Positions 9,721-23,867 are shown, numbered from the stretch's first letter. The stretch is DNA of 64,000 nucleotides from Callorhinchus milii (GCF_018977255.1 NW_024704742.1:70806001-70870000); one strand, 5' to 3'. Numbers and translations are program-made. Notes: generated by a model from the letters alone, not told the origin.

Positions 9721-10625
9721 TCCACGCTGTTACCCAAATACCCTCACCCCGCGATCGACTGATACTGTGTTGCCTCGGCCCTGTGCACCGAGACGCCCTC
9801 CATGCCCTGTGCCCTCTCGCTCTCTGGCTTATGCCAATGCCATGTTTTGGGGGGCAGCCGAGTGTCTTGACACACGGGGAAAACCATCACCACCCTCAAG
9901 AGTATCCAAATTAAGCTGAGAATTCCACATTATGTATCCCACCTACGTGTGGAGATTTCCCTGTGTCTGGAATGGAAATGTGCATTCTCTCCTGCTGGAG
10001 CGAGGCACCCCGCTTACCTCATGTCAGAGAGTATTAGGCACAGGTTGGCAAGAGCCAAGGCTTGTGTGCGTTGGGATAACTGCTGAAGTTTAACCAGCTA
10101 AGACCACATCATAGTCATTCAGTCCACGGCTGTTTGTGGGACGCTGCTGTGCGCAGTTGGTTCTCGCGTTTCGCTCACAAAATGCAGTCAATTCACTTTA
10201 TCGTATATTCTGTGGAGCGCTTTGAGACGTCTCAATGACGTGATTAGGTGATATACGAAATGCAAGGAGTATTATTATCATAGCTTGCCATTGATATCAC
10301 AGTACGTACGGCAAGCTTTCCCACTGCTTCTCCAGCTAGAACCACCCGAACTGTTAGGGATTTGGCTTACAGAGTTAACAGGAGCTGAGTGGAGAGAATC
10401 TCTTTCCCCATTTGTCTGTGATGGTGTAGTCCTCTTATAGGTTAGTTTCACTGTATGCTGTGAGAGTGCTCTGAGGAATAATCCTGGCAAGCAGATCATG
10501 GTTAGATTATTCTGAATCTGTGATAGAAATATATGGCACGGATGAAGGTCATTCTGCCATCATGTTGACAGCTTTTTTTTCTATCCTCCCCGTTATTTAC
10601 CCACCTGTTTCTTCTTATCTTACAG

Positions 10626-10763
10626 GTTACCTTCAGATAGTTTTCTCCTGGCCCTTCTCCTGCTGTATACTCCATTTGGCCTTTGTTTAATGCTTCTCAG
10701 GATATTTATTGGGTTGCATGTATTTTTAGTGAGTAGTGCTATCCCAGATAGCCTAATACGAAG
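10626..10763 (+). CDS. AUP1: AUP1 exon 2 (hydrophobic membrane hairpin)
   Basis: TACAG acceptor, GTAAGT donor; LPSDSFLLALLLLYTPFGLCLMLLRIFIGLHVFLVSSAIPDSLIRR. Confidence 0.95.
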
Positions 10764-11992
10764 GTAAGTTTTAAATATGCATAGATGTAGTTGAATTTGC
10801 ATTTACTGGTTTGGGAAAATGACAGCGTAAATTGAGTACAAGTATAAAATGTGTCTAATGCAGTGAACCTGGCGTACCTTGTTCAACCAACAACAACTTG
10901 CATTTATATAGTACCCTTCATGTGGGGTAGCGTCCCAGAGCGCTTGACAGTGCGGGGTCTGACCCTGAGCCAGGGGGAGAGGGAGTGGGTAGGTGACCAT
11001 AAGCGCAATCAAAAAAGGAAGATCTTTTGGCAGGATTTGAAAGTGGAGAGGGAGGGGGCAAGGTGAGGAAATTGAGGGATGGAGTTCCAGAGCTTCGGGG
11101 CATAGAGGCTGAAAGCACAGCTGCCGATGGTGAAGCGGAGGGGGCGAGGGACGAACAGGAGGCCAGAGCTGGCTGAGCGAAGGCAGCGGGTGCTGGAGTG
11201 GGGGGTAAGCAAACCAAAATAAAATAAGGTTATTCACTTCAGTGCTGGGGGACACTGATGTGAGGAAAACACTGCTGTATTTGCCTACAAATAGAATTTG
11301 AGACGTTCAAAGTAATAGGTGTTATATCAAATGCGAGGATTATTATCGTGATTTGTTGAGTTGACTTCTGCAGAAGTTTTGGCAAACTCCACATGTTCTC
11401 TTCCAGGAGAAGGCAGGATGCATAACTAGAGAAAGGCATCAGCCTGGCTCAGTTGGTAGCACTTTCATCCCTGGAGCAAACCTTTGGGAATTCAAGTCCC
11501 ACATCAGAACTTTTCTAGGTTGACCCTCTAGTTCAGCTCTGGGGAAGTACTGCATTGGCAGAGGTGCTGTCCTTTGGATAGTGTGTTACACTGAGGTTCC
11601 ACCTGCCTGTTCAGGTGGACGTTAAATTCATTGGTGACACAGTACTCCAAATATGGTATTATCCAAGGTTTTACATAAATGTAACTTCCGTAATTTTGTT
11701 CTCAAAGGTCAGGTGACAAAGTTTGAAAAGTTTCTCTCCCAGTGCACTGGCCAACAATCCTCCAGCTAAAATTATTTGTTCCACTTCATGACTGTTTGTG
11801 GGATGGTCCTATATTCAGATTCCCAGGCATGTTCACATACACAGTGGTTACACCTTATAGAATATTGGAGTGGTTTGAGATGTTCTCCATATTAGACACC
11901 TTAACAAGTGATTATTATAAAATTCAGATGATTATTATTAAATAATTTTATTATTAAATTATTAATTATTATTGCCTTGTGATGTGCTGCAG

Positions 11993-12143
11993 GTTTATCG
12001 TGCGGGTCATGTGCTCGGTGTTGGGCATGTTTGTGTCCCAGAACGACCCCAGGCAGAGAGACAAAAATGTCAAAGCATATGTGTGCAACCATGTCAGCGC
12101 ATTTGACCACAACATGATCAATCTCCTCACGCCCTGTAACACG
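11993..12143 (+). CDS. AUP1: AUP1 exon 3 (acyltransferase-like domain, HX4D motif)
   Basis: TGCAG acceptor, GTGAG donor; FIVRVMCSVLGMFVSQNDPRQRDKNVKAYVCNHVSAFDHNMINLLTPCNT. Confidence 0.95.
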
Positions 12144-12995
12144 GTGAGCTGAAATACGTGTGTACTCACATGTCTGACCCAGTGTTTGAAGGACAGAATG
12201 AAAAGACTGTTACTGTCTTGTCTCCCTTTCTACTTGTTTCCCAAAAAGCATAAATGTAAAACCTACCATCTTTTCTTCAGAGTCTCCATCCTCCTTCTCA
12301 CCTGCTGCTCTCAGGCTTCACTCGATAACTATTGATCCATGAACCTTGTATTATAATCCCTAACTATTGTTTTGTTTGAGACATCTTGAGGTCAATATAG
12401 CAATGTGTTCAATAATTGTACCAGAAGCAGGCCTGTGTGTTCCAGCATTCTCAACACGCACAAAGCTAGGCATCGGACTTCAGGTTCAATTTTAACTGCT
12501 GGGTAGTAGACGGCTACCAGCTGCTTTTTTGATTCTTGAAGAAAGGCAACACCTGCCAGGCAACAATCGGCAGCCACAATCCATCATCCAAAAGCCCAGT
12601 GCCTTTCCTGCTTCCCATAAGCTGCTACCTCCTGCAACCATCACATTTCTTTCCCTCCTCTTTCCCCCCCACCCCCCAATAATGTGGATAAACACACAGT
12701 CTATCCTTGCCCCACTGTAAGAGCGCAAATACACGATGCTGCTGGTAGTCATTAGATTTCATTTGATCTTTCAATTTTTTGCACATGTGGAAACCCATCA
12801 CCATGATTACTAAGATGAGAATTCCATGCATCCCATTTACACATGGAAATTCCATTGATATATTGTTGGAATGGAATGTGCTCTCTTTCCCTGGAGGGGC
12901 ACATCCTGTTTACTAATTCTGGAAAGTATTAAACTCAGAACCATGGATTGGGGACCAGAGTGTGCGTTATTAATCAACCTCTTCTCCACGTTTAG

Positions 12996-13183
12996 CCCTT
13001 GTTGGAAGGACACTCTGGGTTTGTAAGCTGGGCACGTGGCTATGTGGAGCTGGGCTGGCGGGACAGCCGGACGCGCATGGCTGAGACGCTCCGACAATAC
13101 AGCTCCTTGGAAGGAGCGTCGCCATTACTGCTCTTCCCGGAGGAGGAGATGACAAATGGAAAAGTCGGGCTCCTCAAATTCAG
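12996..13183 (+). CDS. AUP1: AUP1 exon 4
   Basis: TTTAG acceptor, GTATAA donor; PLLEGHSGFVSWARG...PLLLFPEEEMTNGKVGLLKF. Confidence 0.95.
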
Positions 13184-13991
13184 GTATAAATTCCTCTGCG
13201 ACAAGACAAAGGAGCTGGTATTTTATATCTGCCTTATATCAACACATTTCAAAGGGTTTATGGAGGTAATTGCTGTCAAGTGTGGTAATTGTATTTGTAG
13301 GTAAATTCAGCAGTAAGGTCCACCAACAGTCAAAAGGTGAATAATCCAATTTATATGAAAGATAATAACAAACCTCGCATTTGATATAGCGCTTTATCAC
13401 ATTATTGAGAAATCTCAAAGCGCTTCACAGAATGTATTGTAAAGTGGATTGACTGTGTATTTTGTGGATGAAACGCGGCAGCAGTATCCCAAAAACAGTC
13501 ATGGATTGAGTGACCATATTATTTTTGGAGCGATCTGCCAATCGACTAAAAAACGGGTTCCTACTTACTGCTAGGTAAACAGTATGTGAAGTAAAGACAC
13601 TTGCCTAAGATTTTGCTGCGCCCAGGATTCGAACCCGGGTCCTCGCTTGCGAGGCGAGCGCATTAACCACTACGCTACAGGACCACTTCATTTCTATTGC
13701 ATCTTTCAAGCTTTTGAGTCAACTTTTTTTAACAGGTTTAGAACTCCTCTATGGCCCCTCCCCTAAATTGAGCCAAGCATCACTCTCCGTTTACCCACTT
13801 GACCATCGCCTAGATGGAACCATTCATGTTTATGTGTGTGCAGGTGGGAGGTAGTGTTACAGTGACCCTCTTGTGTCTTTTGATGCGCATTTGTCAAGGT
13901 TTAAGGTGTCCTTTGAATTTCATGCAATGAATATTGTTGTGCTGTCCTTGAAGTCAGTGACTTATGAATAATTTAAAATTCTCCTTTCCAG

Positions 13992-14064
13992 CTCCTGGCC
14001 TTTCTCTGTAAATAGCACTCTCCAGCCTGTGGGTTTGACAGTAAAAAGACCCTTCATATCTGCG
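13992..14064 (+). CDS. AUP1: AUP1 exon 5
   Basis: TTCCAG acceptor, GTAAGT donor; SWPFSVNSTLQPVGLTVKRPFISA. Confidence 0.93.
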
Positions 14065-15088
14065 GTAAGTTCATGTGCAGATCGGACTCCTGTCCACAGC
14101 AAGTACCCTGTTCTGAATAGTAACACAAGATACTAAACGCTAAATCGAGCCACTATCCTGCGTGAAAGGTGCTAAATTGTTGAGAAAGTAAGCACAGGCA
14201 AATATTTTAATAAAAATAAAAATCAGGTAGCAGAATGAGACAACAACAAATTATATTTATACAGCATCTTTCGCATTGGGAGGACATTCCAAAGCGGTTA
14301 AAGATTTGCACCAGAGCTGAGGGTTGGATCAAGAAGGTAGGATGGGGTGGGAGTGTGGATGAAGGCACGTCAATGAGGAAGGTTTTGATATGGGCTTTGA
14401 AGGAAGCGAGGGAGGGGCTGGGGTCAAGGCAGATTAGTATGGTGTTAAGAGGGCGCAGAGGTAGGGAGGAGCATGACCATGGAGGGATTTAAAAGTGAAG
14501 ATGAGGATGTTTAATTACAGAAGAAAGAAATTACCTCAGAAATTAAGACAATGGTTGGCAGCTTTAGGACAGATGCCAGAAAGTATTTCTTCATACAGAG
14601 GGGCTAATCGACAGCTGGAATGGGTTACTAGGAGTGGTGTTTGAGACCAGAACACTAGACTTATTCAGACTGATGCTGTGATGGGCTGGAGGTTGGGTGG
14701 TCGAAGCCAGGGACTCGTTTTAAGAAACTGGGCGATGGTATAACCGGAATATGTCAGGGTGGGTGGGTGGTGGGAGTTCTGGGAGGATGCCATTAGATGA
14801 GCCGAAGGAATGAATTGCAGCCTCCGCTGTTCCCATTCATGATCTCGCCACACTGAAATACCCAGAGCTCATGGCGGTGGGGGGGACAGTCCCACAGCTG
14901 CACTCATTCATCATATTTCACAAGTATGACCATTCGGGAGAGCAGGTGTTTCACCCTCTCCCCCCCCCACCCCAACACCACTTGCTCTAGGCTTTTGTTC
15001 TGTCTCAGGGCTGGATAAGGTAACAAAATAGTATTTCATCTTGTTGGTTTACTTATTTTTCTTTCTCCCTTTCACTCTCTTCCCATAG

Positions 15089-15162
15089 AGTGTCGTTGAG
15101 TCCTCCTGGGTGTCAGAGCTGCTGTGGATGTTTTTCACCCCCTTCACAGTATACCAAGTAAG
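15089..15162 (+). CDS. AUP1: AUP1 exon 6
   Basis: Long pyrimidine tract + CATAG, GTACT donor; SVVESSWVSELLWMFFTPFTVYQVR. Confidence 0.93.
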
Positions 15163-15584
15163 GTACTAACTGTCGCTAACTATCACTGGAAAGGGGTGGG
15201 ACTGTCTGCGTTTTGACCTTGCTGCTTTTCAGAGTCAAGCCCTTCTACCTTCTGTGTGCAAAGGCATTTCTCTGGAATGTACCTTGGCCTATGGTTGGCT
15301 TGGCATATCTATGTCTTGTTACCAAATTCACGACAGGCCAACTCCAGTCTGGAGGATTTGTGTATCCTGCTTACCTAATTCTGGAGAGTATTGGGTTGGC
15401 AAGAGCCAAGGCTTGGGGACCCCAGAGTACCTTTTTAGAAGGGAATTAGATGGGTGCTCACGGAGGAGAATGTTAATGGTGGGGACGGGGTGATAAGAGT
15501 GGGATTAGGATTGGGTGGTTCATGCGCAGAGCGGCGTAAACTCACAATTACCAAAAGGTCTGTTTCTACCCTGCAATATTCAAA

Positions 15585-15746
15585 TTTTCAAGACTGAGGT
15601 AGATAGGTTTTTGTTAAGATAAGGCTATCAAGGGATAAGGAGCGAAGGTGGGTAAATGGAATTTAGGCACAGATCAGCCATGATCTAATAGAATGGCGGG
15701 ACAGGATCGAGGGCTGAATGTCCGACTTCTGTTCCTATGTTCCTAT
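15585..15746 (+). mobile_element. CR1-clade LINE 3' end
   Basis: TTCAAGACTGAGGTAGATAGGTTTTTG...GATCAGCCATGATCTAATAGAATGGCGG...CTGTTCCTATGTTCCTA; shorter copy at 17160-17225; older CR1 pieces ~14550-14830. Confidence 0.7.
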
Positions 15747-17384
15747 TCAATAAAGGAAGCTTCAGGAAACTGAGCCTTTGCCAGTGCTAACTAACTGCAT
15801 ACCATTATATCGTTCACAGAAACGGATCATTCGGCCCAACTATTCCGTGCTGGTGTTTATACTTCACAAGAACCTCCTAATCCCATTCCTGACTATTCCT
15901 TCTCTAATCTCATTTGCCTGTTTTTTTCCTATAAAGTTTGTTTCTCTACAAATACCCGTCCAATACTCTTTGGTACTGTTAGTCGTGGCTACGTCATTGG
16001 CCACCGGGGACAAAACAATCCATCTCTTAATATCCCTCTATGTGAAGCCAAATAGTCGAACTTCACCCCATCCACCCTTCCAGTCATGGTCCTGAGCTTG
16101 GTTTAAGGTCCTAGGTACCATGCTGCTCTGTAATAGTCTTCCTGCCCCCAGAGTGAGTGCCTTCGGAGTCGATTGCTCCCAAACATCTACCTTCTCGTTT
16201 CGCCCACACATATACGGTCAATTCACTTTACAGTCTATTCAGTGAAGCACTTTGATACATCTAGAAGATGTGAAAAGCGCTATATCAAATACAAGGATTA
16301 TTATTAAAATTCTGTCCAGTAACCCGAGGTCAGGGTCCTGTGATTGTGAGGTTTGTTTGTGGTGGGTGCTTAGTGAAAACGTATACAGAAAAATAACGTT
16401 CACCAAGGTCACCGCCGACATGAACGAACCCTACCGTGCGCAGGAAGTTGACCAGTCATCTGAGACGCCTCCTTTTGCTAATGCTTCCAGGGTCACCGGA
16501 CACAGAAAGTCACTATACTGCAGGTGTTATGGTATTTTAAGGTGCTCTGTAACTGGGCTAGAGTGTGCTAACGTGTATGTTCTTTCCTTCCCTCCTACGA
16601 CACAGATGCACGTCCCTTCCCAGAGTTATTGCTGTGAGCTTGGTTTCAGTCCTCTGGCACCTACTGCAGGGTTGATCACTGGTGCGAACCCAAGCCTTCA
16701 TGACTGCCTTGTTCTTTCCCCTGGGCCACAGTTTCACAAAGTACCCCTGAATAAGTTGCCATTATAAACATGTGAGCGTCAGCAGTCTTTTTAACCCAAC
16801 ATAGTAAGCCTGAACCTGCCATTTCCTCACATTGATCTGCACCTTTGGGAGGTAGGGGGGGATTGGGGACAGGAGGAGGGGTCTCTAGATAGCAAACAGG
16901 AATGCCTGATTCACCCCACCCCCCGTTCCTTAGTCTACGGGTGCCTTAGCCAATGGGTGCTGAGGCCAATTGAAACCTCAGTTGCTGCCCCATCTGAGAT
17001 TAGCTAACTCAGCGCAGGCCGGGATTGGAGCCTACAACCTTCTACTCTCTGATACAGTGATTGATCAGGTGTTGCATTTACTTACTACATTGTTAATGTA
17101 AGGCCCAGAACAACAACAGTGTGGTTACCACAGGTCACTGCAGAAGAGTAAGTCACCTGATGATCAGCCATGATAGAATGGCAAAACAGGCTTGAGGGGC
17201 TGAGTGACCTCCTCCTGTTCCTATGTGATGACTCGTGCATTTACACCTTGGAAATGAGTCTAAAAACCGAGGGGTCAGGCTATCCCTGGCTTACAATGTC
17301 AGCTCTGTTTGAAGAGAGTCGCTATATGTTCTGACGGGCCCCAGCCTGTGTGCTTATTGCTGTGTGGTGCTGGTTTCTGTCCAG

Positions 17385-17451
17385 GTGGCTGCCAACCATG
17401 TCCCAACAGGAAGAGGAGAGTGAAGAGGAGTTTGCCATCAGAGTCCAGGAG
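17385..17451 (+). CDS. AUP1: AUP1 exon 7
   Basis: TCCAG acceptor, GTAAGT donor; WLPTMSQQEEESEEEFAIRVQE. Confidence 0.93.
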
Positions 17452-17849
17452 GTAAGTGAACTCCTGGGAGAGTGCGGATCAAATGTAGTTCTGTAGCGTA
17501 TTGGTGAGAGCACTCGCCTCGCAAGCGAAATGACCTGGGATGGATTCCTGTGCAGGGTGAAATCTTGGCAAGTTTCCTTACTCCACAAACCTCTATTTAC
17601 CTGGCAGTAAGTAGGAACCCGGTTGTTAGTCAATTGGTGGATCGCTTTTCCAGGGGTAATCCCTTCAAAAAAATAATTACAATAATTTGGTCACTCAATC
17701 CATGACTGCTGTGCACAATTGGCTGTTTTGTTTCACTCACAAAAAATATACCGTCAATCCACTTTACAGTATATTCTGTGAAGTAGTTGAGAGGTTTCAA
17801 TGATGTGATAAAGCGATATATCAAATGCAAGGATTATTATTCATTATTA

Positions 17850-18045
17850 CATCTTTGTGTCCTAACCAAATCTCTTCATGGTCTCAGAACTTGTGCCATC
17901 TCCTTCCGTTCTATTCACTGCGTGCCCTCACTCTTCCGATACAAGTCTGCAGCTGGTTCCTCATTGCCACCAATCTCATGTTTATCGTTTGCAATCTCGC
18001 GTTGATCTCCACGATCTCAGGTCAATCGTCATCACAAATTAATTC
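17850..18045 (+). repeat. Unclassified interspersed repeat (second copy inverted at ~4825-4945)
   Basis: CCCTCACTCTTCCGATACA...CCACCAATCTCATGTT...GTTGATCTCCA.GAT shared by both loci. Confidence 0.7.
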
Positions 18046-18322
18046 TAATTTTTTTTAACAATAAAAACTCCGAGAGCAGTACAGATGAGTTTACACTGAA
18101 ATTTTTTTAAAACATACTTTTTTTTCTCAAGTGCTACAATATAGTACTAATCATTGATGTTGTTGAGCCATCTCAAAACGCTTCATTAAAATACTGTAAA
18201 GTGAATTGACTACATCTTTTGGGCGACACTCAGCAAACAATTGCGCAAGTCGTGGATTGTGTAACCAAATTTTTTTTTACATGTGTCGAGACAGTTCTAA
18301 TTGTTTCCTCTTCTCTCAATAG

Positions 18323-18428
18323 CACTTAGCGGTGGAACTGGGTATTGTATCTACGCCACACACCAAGTCCGACAAAGCGGAGTACGTCAAAAGAATGAAG
18401 CATGTGGTGTCTCCAGTAGCTACTGCAG
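18323..18428 (+). CDS. AUP1: AUP1 exon 8
   Basis: AATAG acceptor, GTTGG donor; HLAVELGIVSTPHTKSDKAEYVKRMKHVVSPVATA. Confidence 0.9.
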
Positions 18429-19717
18429 GTTGGCTTTATATTGACACGTGTATGTAGAACAGGAGCTCTGCGGATCTGGAGTTGGTCTTATTGTATCAGC
18501 CTTGTTCAGTTGGTAACACTCTCATCCCTGCAGTTCCCTTCTGCTCATTCTTCAAGTGAATGTTAAAGATCGTGTAACAGTTGGAAGAGAGAATCCCAGT
18601 CAACAATCCTGCGAACTTGGTCATTCACTTCAGATTCACCTGCTGTGTGTAACAAGACTTGCCGTGTTTGCCTACAAATCAATTCCGTGCACTTGACACA
18701 ATTCCCTGTAAAGCAATTGGAGACATTTGACATTATAGCTAGCCTCTATAATAATCCTTACATTTGATTATGGTGCCTTATCACGTCATTCAGATGTCTC
18801 AGAGTGCTTCACAAAATATATAAAAGTAGATTGACTGTATTTTGTGGGCGAAACGTGGCAGCCGATTGCACCACAGCAGTGTCCCACAAACAGTCTTGGA
18901 ACCACATTTTTTTGACTAGGGAGGATTATTGACTAGGTGTTTTTATCAAGTTGGGATAAATAAATATCAGGCAAGCTGTAATCTGCACTTTACAGTGAAT
19001 CCTGCGAAGCTTTTTGAGATGTTTTGTGGAAGTGAAAATTTGCTGTATGAAATGGAAGGATTATTATGTTATTAAGTGGGTTCACTTCCCCTGGTTCTGC
19101 TGCACTTGCTGTTTAAACTGGCACACAAGGAAGGACCAGGGTATATACCACCTGTTGGCATGAGGAGTCAGGCCTTCCAGAGGGGATAAAAACAATGTGT
19201 AGTGTTTGTGAGTAAATATTGCAGGCAAGCGCAACAGCAGTTTGACTTGCTTAGTCCCTAATCCACTACCGATCACTTCATCTTGACTAGCTCCGGCCTC
19301 CTGCATGTCCCTCGTGCCCTCCTTTCCACCATCAGCAGCTGCGCTTTCAGCCACTACTTCCCAAAACGCTGGAACACTCTTCCTCTATCCCTCCGCCTTG
19401 CCCCCTCTTTCCCCATCTTCAGGTTGTGATTGAAGTCCTTCCTCTTTGACCATGCTTAAGGTCACCCCTCCCCTCGCTCGGCATCATGTTCCGCCCTTGT
19501 CAAGTGCTCTGAAACACTATCCTACATGAGGGGCGCGAAATAAATATCTTAAGTTCTTATTGTAGCAGTTGGGGATCGTATCTGCAACCTTTTGACCCAG
19601 AGATGAGAGTGCTACCTACTGAACCAGGTTGCAGCTGGGTTGGCCTGTGCTGGGGATATGGAGATTGAGAGCAATTGAATGGCAAGTCTGACAGATTTTT
19701 TTTTATTGTCTGTACAG

Positions 19718-19843
19718 CCAGCCACATCCCGGGCCTGAGTATGAACAACCTGAACAGTGAGGACATGCAGATGACCGGAATGGCCAGGCAGGTTAAAGAG
19801 GTGCTGCCTCACATCCCCCTCAGTGTCATCAACCAGGACCTGG
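19718..19843 (+). CDS. AUP1: AUP1 exon 9 (start of CUE domain)
   Basis: TACAG acceptor, GTAGG donor; ...MARQVKEVLPHIPLSVINQDL. Confidence 0.92.
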
Positions 19844-21686
19844 GTAGGAAACACCTTACAGTTGTCCTTGTTCCATTTCTGCTGATGTTCACCATGGCTT
19901 GTTGCATACCTGTGCTTTCTCCTCCTCCCCACCATGTGCACATACTTGCACTACATACATACACACACACATACATGTTTGCACACACTTGCACAATGCA
20001 CAGTCACACTTATACAACAAGTTGCATTATATAGCACTATGTGCAAACATATCTCCATTCACAAGTATTCTCTTGAGTGCATTACAGAGACAAGGTTGGA
20101 CGCACTCTAAACTGATACCCCAGTGGGGGGGAGTGGGGGGGTTGCATTGTTGGAGGTGCTGTCCTTTTGATAAGATGTTAAACCAAGATCCTTGGCCTAT
20201 ATTGTTTCCTTACTCACACACCTCTGTTTACCTAACAGTAAGTAGGAACCCAGTTGTTAATCGATTGGTGAATCACTTTTCCGCGGGTAATAATCCCTCC
20301 AAAAAAAAACTAATAATTTGGTCACTCAATCCACGACTGTTTGTGGGACGTTGCTGAGCGCAATTGGCTGCTGCATTTGACCCACAAAATACAGTTAATT
20401 AACTTTAGTGTATTCTGTGAAGCGCTTTGAGATGTCTCGAAGACGTGATGAGGCACTGCAAGGTTTATTATTACTATTCAAAAAAGAGAAGCAATTTCTC
20501 TCGGTGTCCAGGCCAGAAACCCCCAAAATAAAATTTGTTCATTCGTTTCATGGTTGTTTGTGGGACATTGCTGCGTGCTACTGTGCTGCTGTGTTTACCT
20601 ACAAATACACAGTTACTCTAATTCACAGTAAATCCTGTGAAGCACTTTTATGTCCTTCCGAAATGATAAACCGCTCTACCAAATGCAAGTTATTGGTATT
20701 ATTTTAGTAGCTGATTTCATCCACAAGGCGGTGCCATAAGCTTTACAGAGCTTTGTTGCACAGTACAATCCATGCATGTCAAACGTGGCCAGATTTTTTT
20801 TTAAGGTCCCTTTTAAAAGAAATAAGTTGACCTAAATAGAACAATATACTATGATTTTGAAATAGTGGCTGTTTCACATACTCAGACACCACCACAATCA
20901 CATTTCCACCGTTTGTGTGAAGATAGTGTTTCTAACCTCCTCTTATTAATTAATTAATTCATTTTTGGCTTTACCTTAAATTTGCGCCCTCTCGTGACTG
21001 AACTGGCCCACAAGTGGGAATAACCAGTTACAGTTCAACGTTGTAACTTTTTGATAAGTGGATGCCTGAGGAAACTGTGCCAACCAGTTGAGATGTCCTC
21101 CCGACATAAAATGCACTATATAAATGTAAATATCACTAGTCTATCAAGTTATCTAATGGTATTCATCTATCAAGTTCTCTCATGCAGCAATGGGTGAATG
21201 GGTGTCAGCGTAGCTCAGTTGGTAGCACTCTTATCTCAGAGTTAGAAGGGTGTGGGTTCAAACCCCATATCGGGACTTTGAGCTCACCGTCTAGGCTGTT
21301 GAGTGGGGGGAGCGCTATATTGTCTGAGGTGCAGTCCTTAGAATGAGATGTTTAAACCAAAGTCCTGTCTGCCTGTTCAGGTAGGTGTTAAAGATCCAGT
21401 GATACTATTCAAAAAGAGAAGGGAGATTCTCTCTCCCAGTGACCTGGACAACAGATAAAATTGGTTGTTGAATCTGGCTGTTTGTGGGACATTACTATGT
21501 GTAAATTGGCTGCTGCATTCGACTACAAAATACAATCATGACACTTTACAATAAATTCTTGTCAAGCGCTCTGAGACCCTGTGGGGTGAAAGGCTATGAA
21601 CCAAATATAAGGATGACTATTATTTGATTTTTGTTGTTTTGATGATTGTGTTTCCACTGAACCTCCCTCCCATTTAATTCTCTCAG

Positions 21687-21862
21687 TGAAGACGAACTGC
21701 GTGGACACTACCATCACAAACTTGCTGGAGGGCCGGATCCCGTTCACGCCCGAGGACCCGGTGGCCGGCTCCTCCTCCGAGGCCTCCTCCAGCCAATCAA
21801 CTCTAGCACCCAGCAGCTCCTCCTGTGCCGTCAGGACCTCAAAGATTACTCTTTCTAACAAG
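21687..21862 (+). CDS. AUP1: AUP1 exon 10 (end of CUE domain, Ser-rich linker)
   Basis: CTCAG acceptor, GTATAG donor; KTNCVDTTITNLLEGRIPFTPED...KITLSNK. Confidence 0.9.
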
Positions 21863-23025
21863 GTATAGCCTGGCAGCTATTCAATGATCTTGTGCTCTTC
21901 CCCACTGTCTGACACTTCCCCATGTTCTCCTCCTCAGTGTAAAAGTACAACTATAAACTTGCATTTATATATGGTCACCTCCCCCCCCCGGCTCAGCTTC
22001 AGGCTCTGCCACTGTTAAGTGCTCCGAGACTCTGCGCCATGTGAAGGGTGCTGTGTAAATGCAAGTTGTTATATAGCTCTCTTCACGGAGAGTAGATTCT
22101 CGGAGTGTTTAACAGTGTCGCCAAGCTGGGGGAAGAGGCTTCTGTTGCCATTGTCGTGTTTTTGACCTGGAGCCCGACGCATTGGGAGAGAAAAATCTCT
22201 TAGCGAATAACTTGCGTTTTTATTAGAGCCATAACCACATCACAAAGCCCCTCATGCATAACTGCCGGCCAGTGTAGAGAGTTTTTTGTAGGCAAAACAC
22301 TGCAGCTGTTTTGTGCACAGATAATTATGGGCAGAATGCCTTTCTTTAGCTGGAGGATTGCTGCCCTGACACCAATAGTGTTGTGGAATCCTTAATGTCC
22401 ACCTGAAGGCGAACAAGTCCTTGTTAACATCTGATCCAAAAGATGGACCAGTGGCAATGCAGTGTTGAGCTGCTATGTCAGCCTGGACTGTGAGCTTGAA
22501 GGGAATAGATGTCAGCTTGGCTCAGTTGGTAGCCTCTGAAGCAGAAGGTTGTGGGTTCAAATCTCACTTTGAGATTGAGCTCAGCACAGTTCTGAGTGAG
22601 TGCCGCCATGTCAGAGGTGCCATCCTTTGGATGAGACGTTAAACCGAGGTTCCGTCTGTGCATGTTCGGGTAGACACTGAAAGATCTTGTGTCATTAAAA
22701 AGAGAAGGGAGTTTCTCTCTCCCGGTGTCCTGGACAACAATCAATCCCCCAAATACAATCAGTCTTTTACTTTGTTACTATCTGTAGAATATTACTATGT
22801 ACAAATCATCTGCCCCGTTCGTCTATAAAACACAGTCACTACATTCAACAGTAAAATCTCAAAGTAAAAGTGCCTTGTCACTTCTGAACGACATGGTAAG
22901 GTGCTGTTTTGTATGCACGGATTATTATAAAAATGACAATAGTAAGGTGACTCCTGAAGAGTTGTGTTGGCATGAAAGGCACAGAGAGCGGTCTTCTAGT
23001 TTTTATTTTTCTCACTCAATTGCAG

Positions 23026-23117
23026 CCTGATGCAAATCCAACCTTTGAGAAATCCCCGACTGATCGGCACCTGTCCCTACAGGAGAGGAAGGAAGCACTG
23101 TATGCATACGCAAGGAG
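23026..23117 (+). CDS. AUP1: AUP1 exon 11 (G2BR, UBE2G2-binding region)
   Basis: TGCAG acceptor, GTGAGT donor; PDANPTFEKSPTDRHLSLQERKEALYAYARR. Confidence 0.93.
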
Positions 23118-23867
23118 GTGAGTTCCAGTCCAGTCTAATCTTTCTCCCCGAGATAAGGGCTGTCTGCACCATGAAATACAGCTTTTCCATCAACACAGGC
23201 ACTCGTCAGAATCCACACTCCCAGGTCAGCCACAGCATGAGTTAGAGACACACTAAAGCTGCTTCTACACTATCCGTCCACATTCCCAGGTCAGGGACAA
23301 AGTAGATTAGAAAGCGAGCTTTAAATAGCCTCATGATACTATCAAGGATTGTGTTTTAGAGCAGATTAAATCAATTTTGAATACATTTCAATTCAACTAA
23401 ATTAGTAGCATGACTGAAACCCCTATTTAATTTCCATATTTTATTTTATAAAAAATTGTAACTAAGCTCTTAATTCTGCAATCTACACGGCATGGATGTG
23501 ATCAATGTCTTGCAATGTATAGAGTGTACATTTGAATTAGCTGTAAAAACATTATTTATTGGGAACAGGCTGCATGGGCTGAGTAGCTTACCTCTGTTCC
23601 TGCTTACTGCTGTATAATGTCAGTTTTCAGAGTTGGGTATCAGAATAGCAGCGACATTAATGTTGGGACTCTATTGACAACATGATGACCTGTGGTAGTG
23701 ACAAGTCAAGCCAGGATCACATTATCAGGAGTGGGGTGTCCTTTGACGTAAAAGGCGCTATACAAATGTAATTTTTGTTGTTGTTTACTACATATGTTTG
23801 GGTTTGCGACACAGACGTGACAATGGAGGAGCTCGTAGTGACCTCTCCTTTCTCCTCTGGCCGCTAG

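Noticed and set aside
16252..16767. 171-aa ORF in AUP1 intron 6
   Set aside because: Begins inside a SINE tail, has no recognisable domain and no supporting splice structure.
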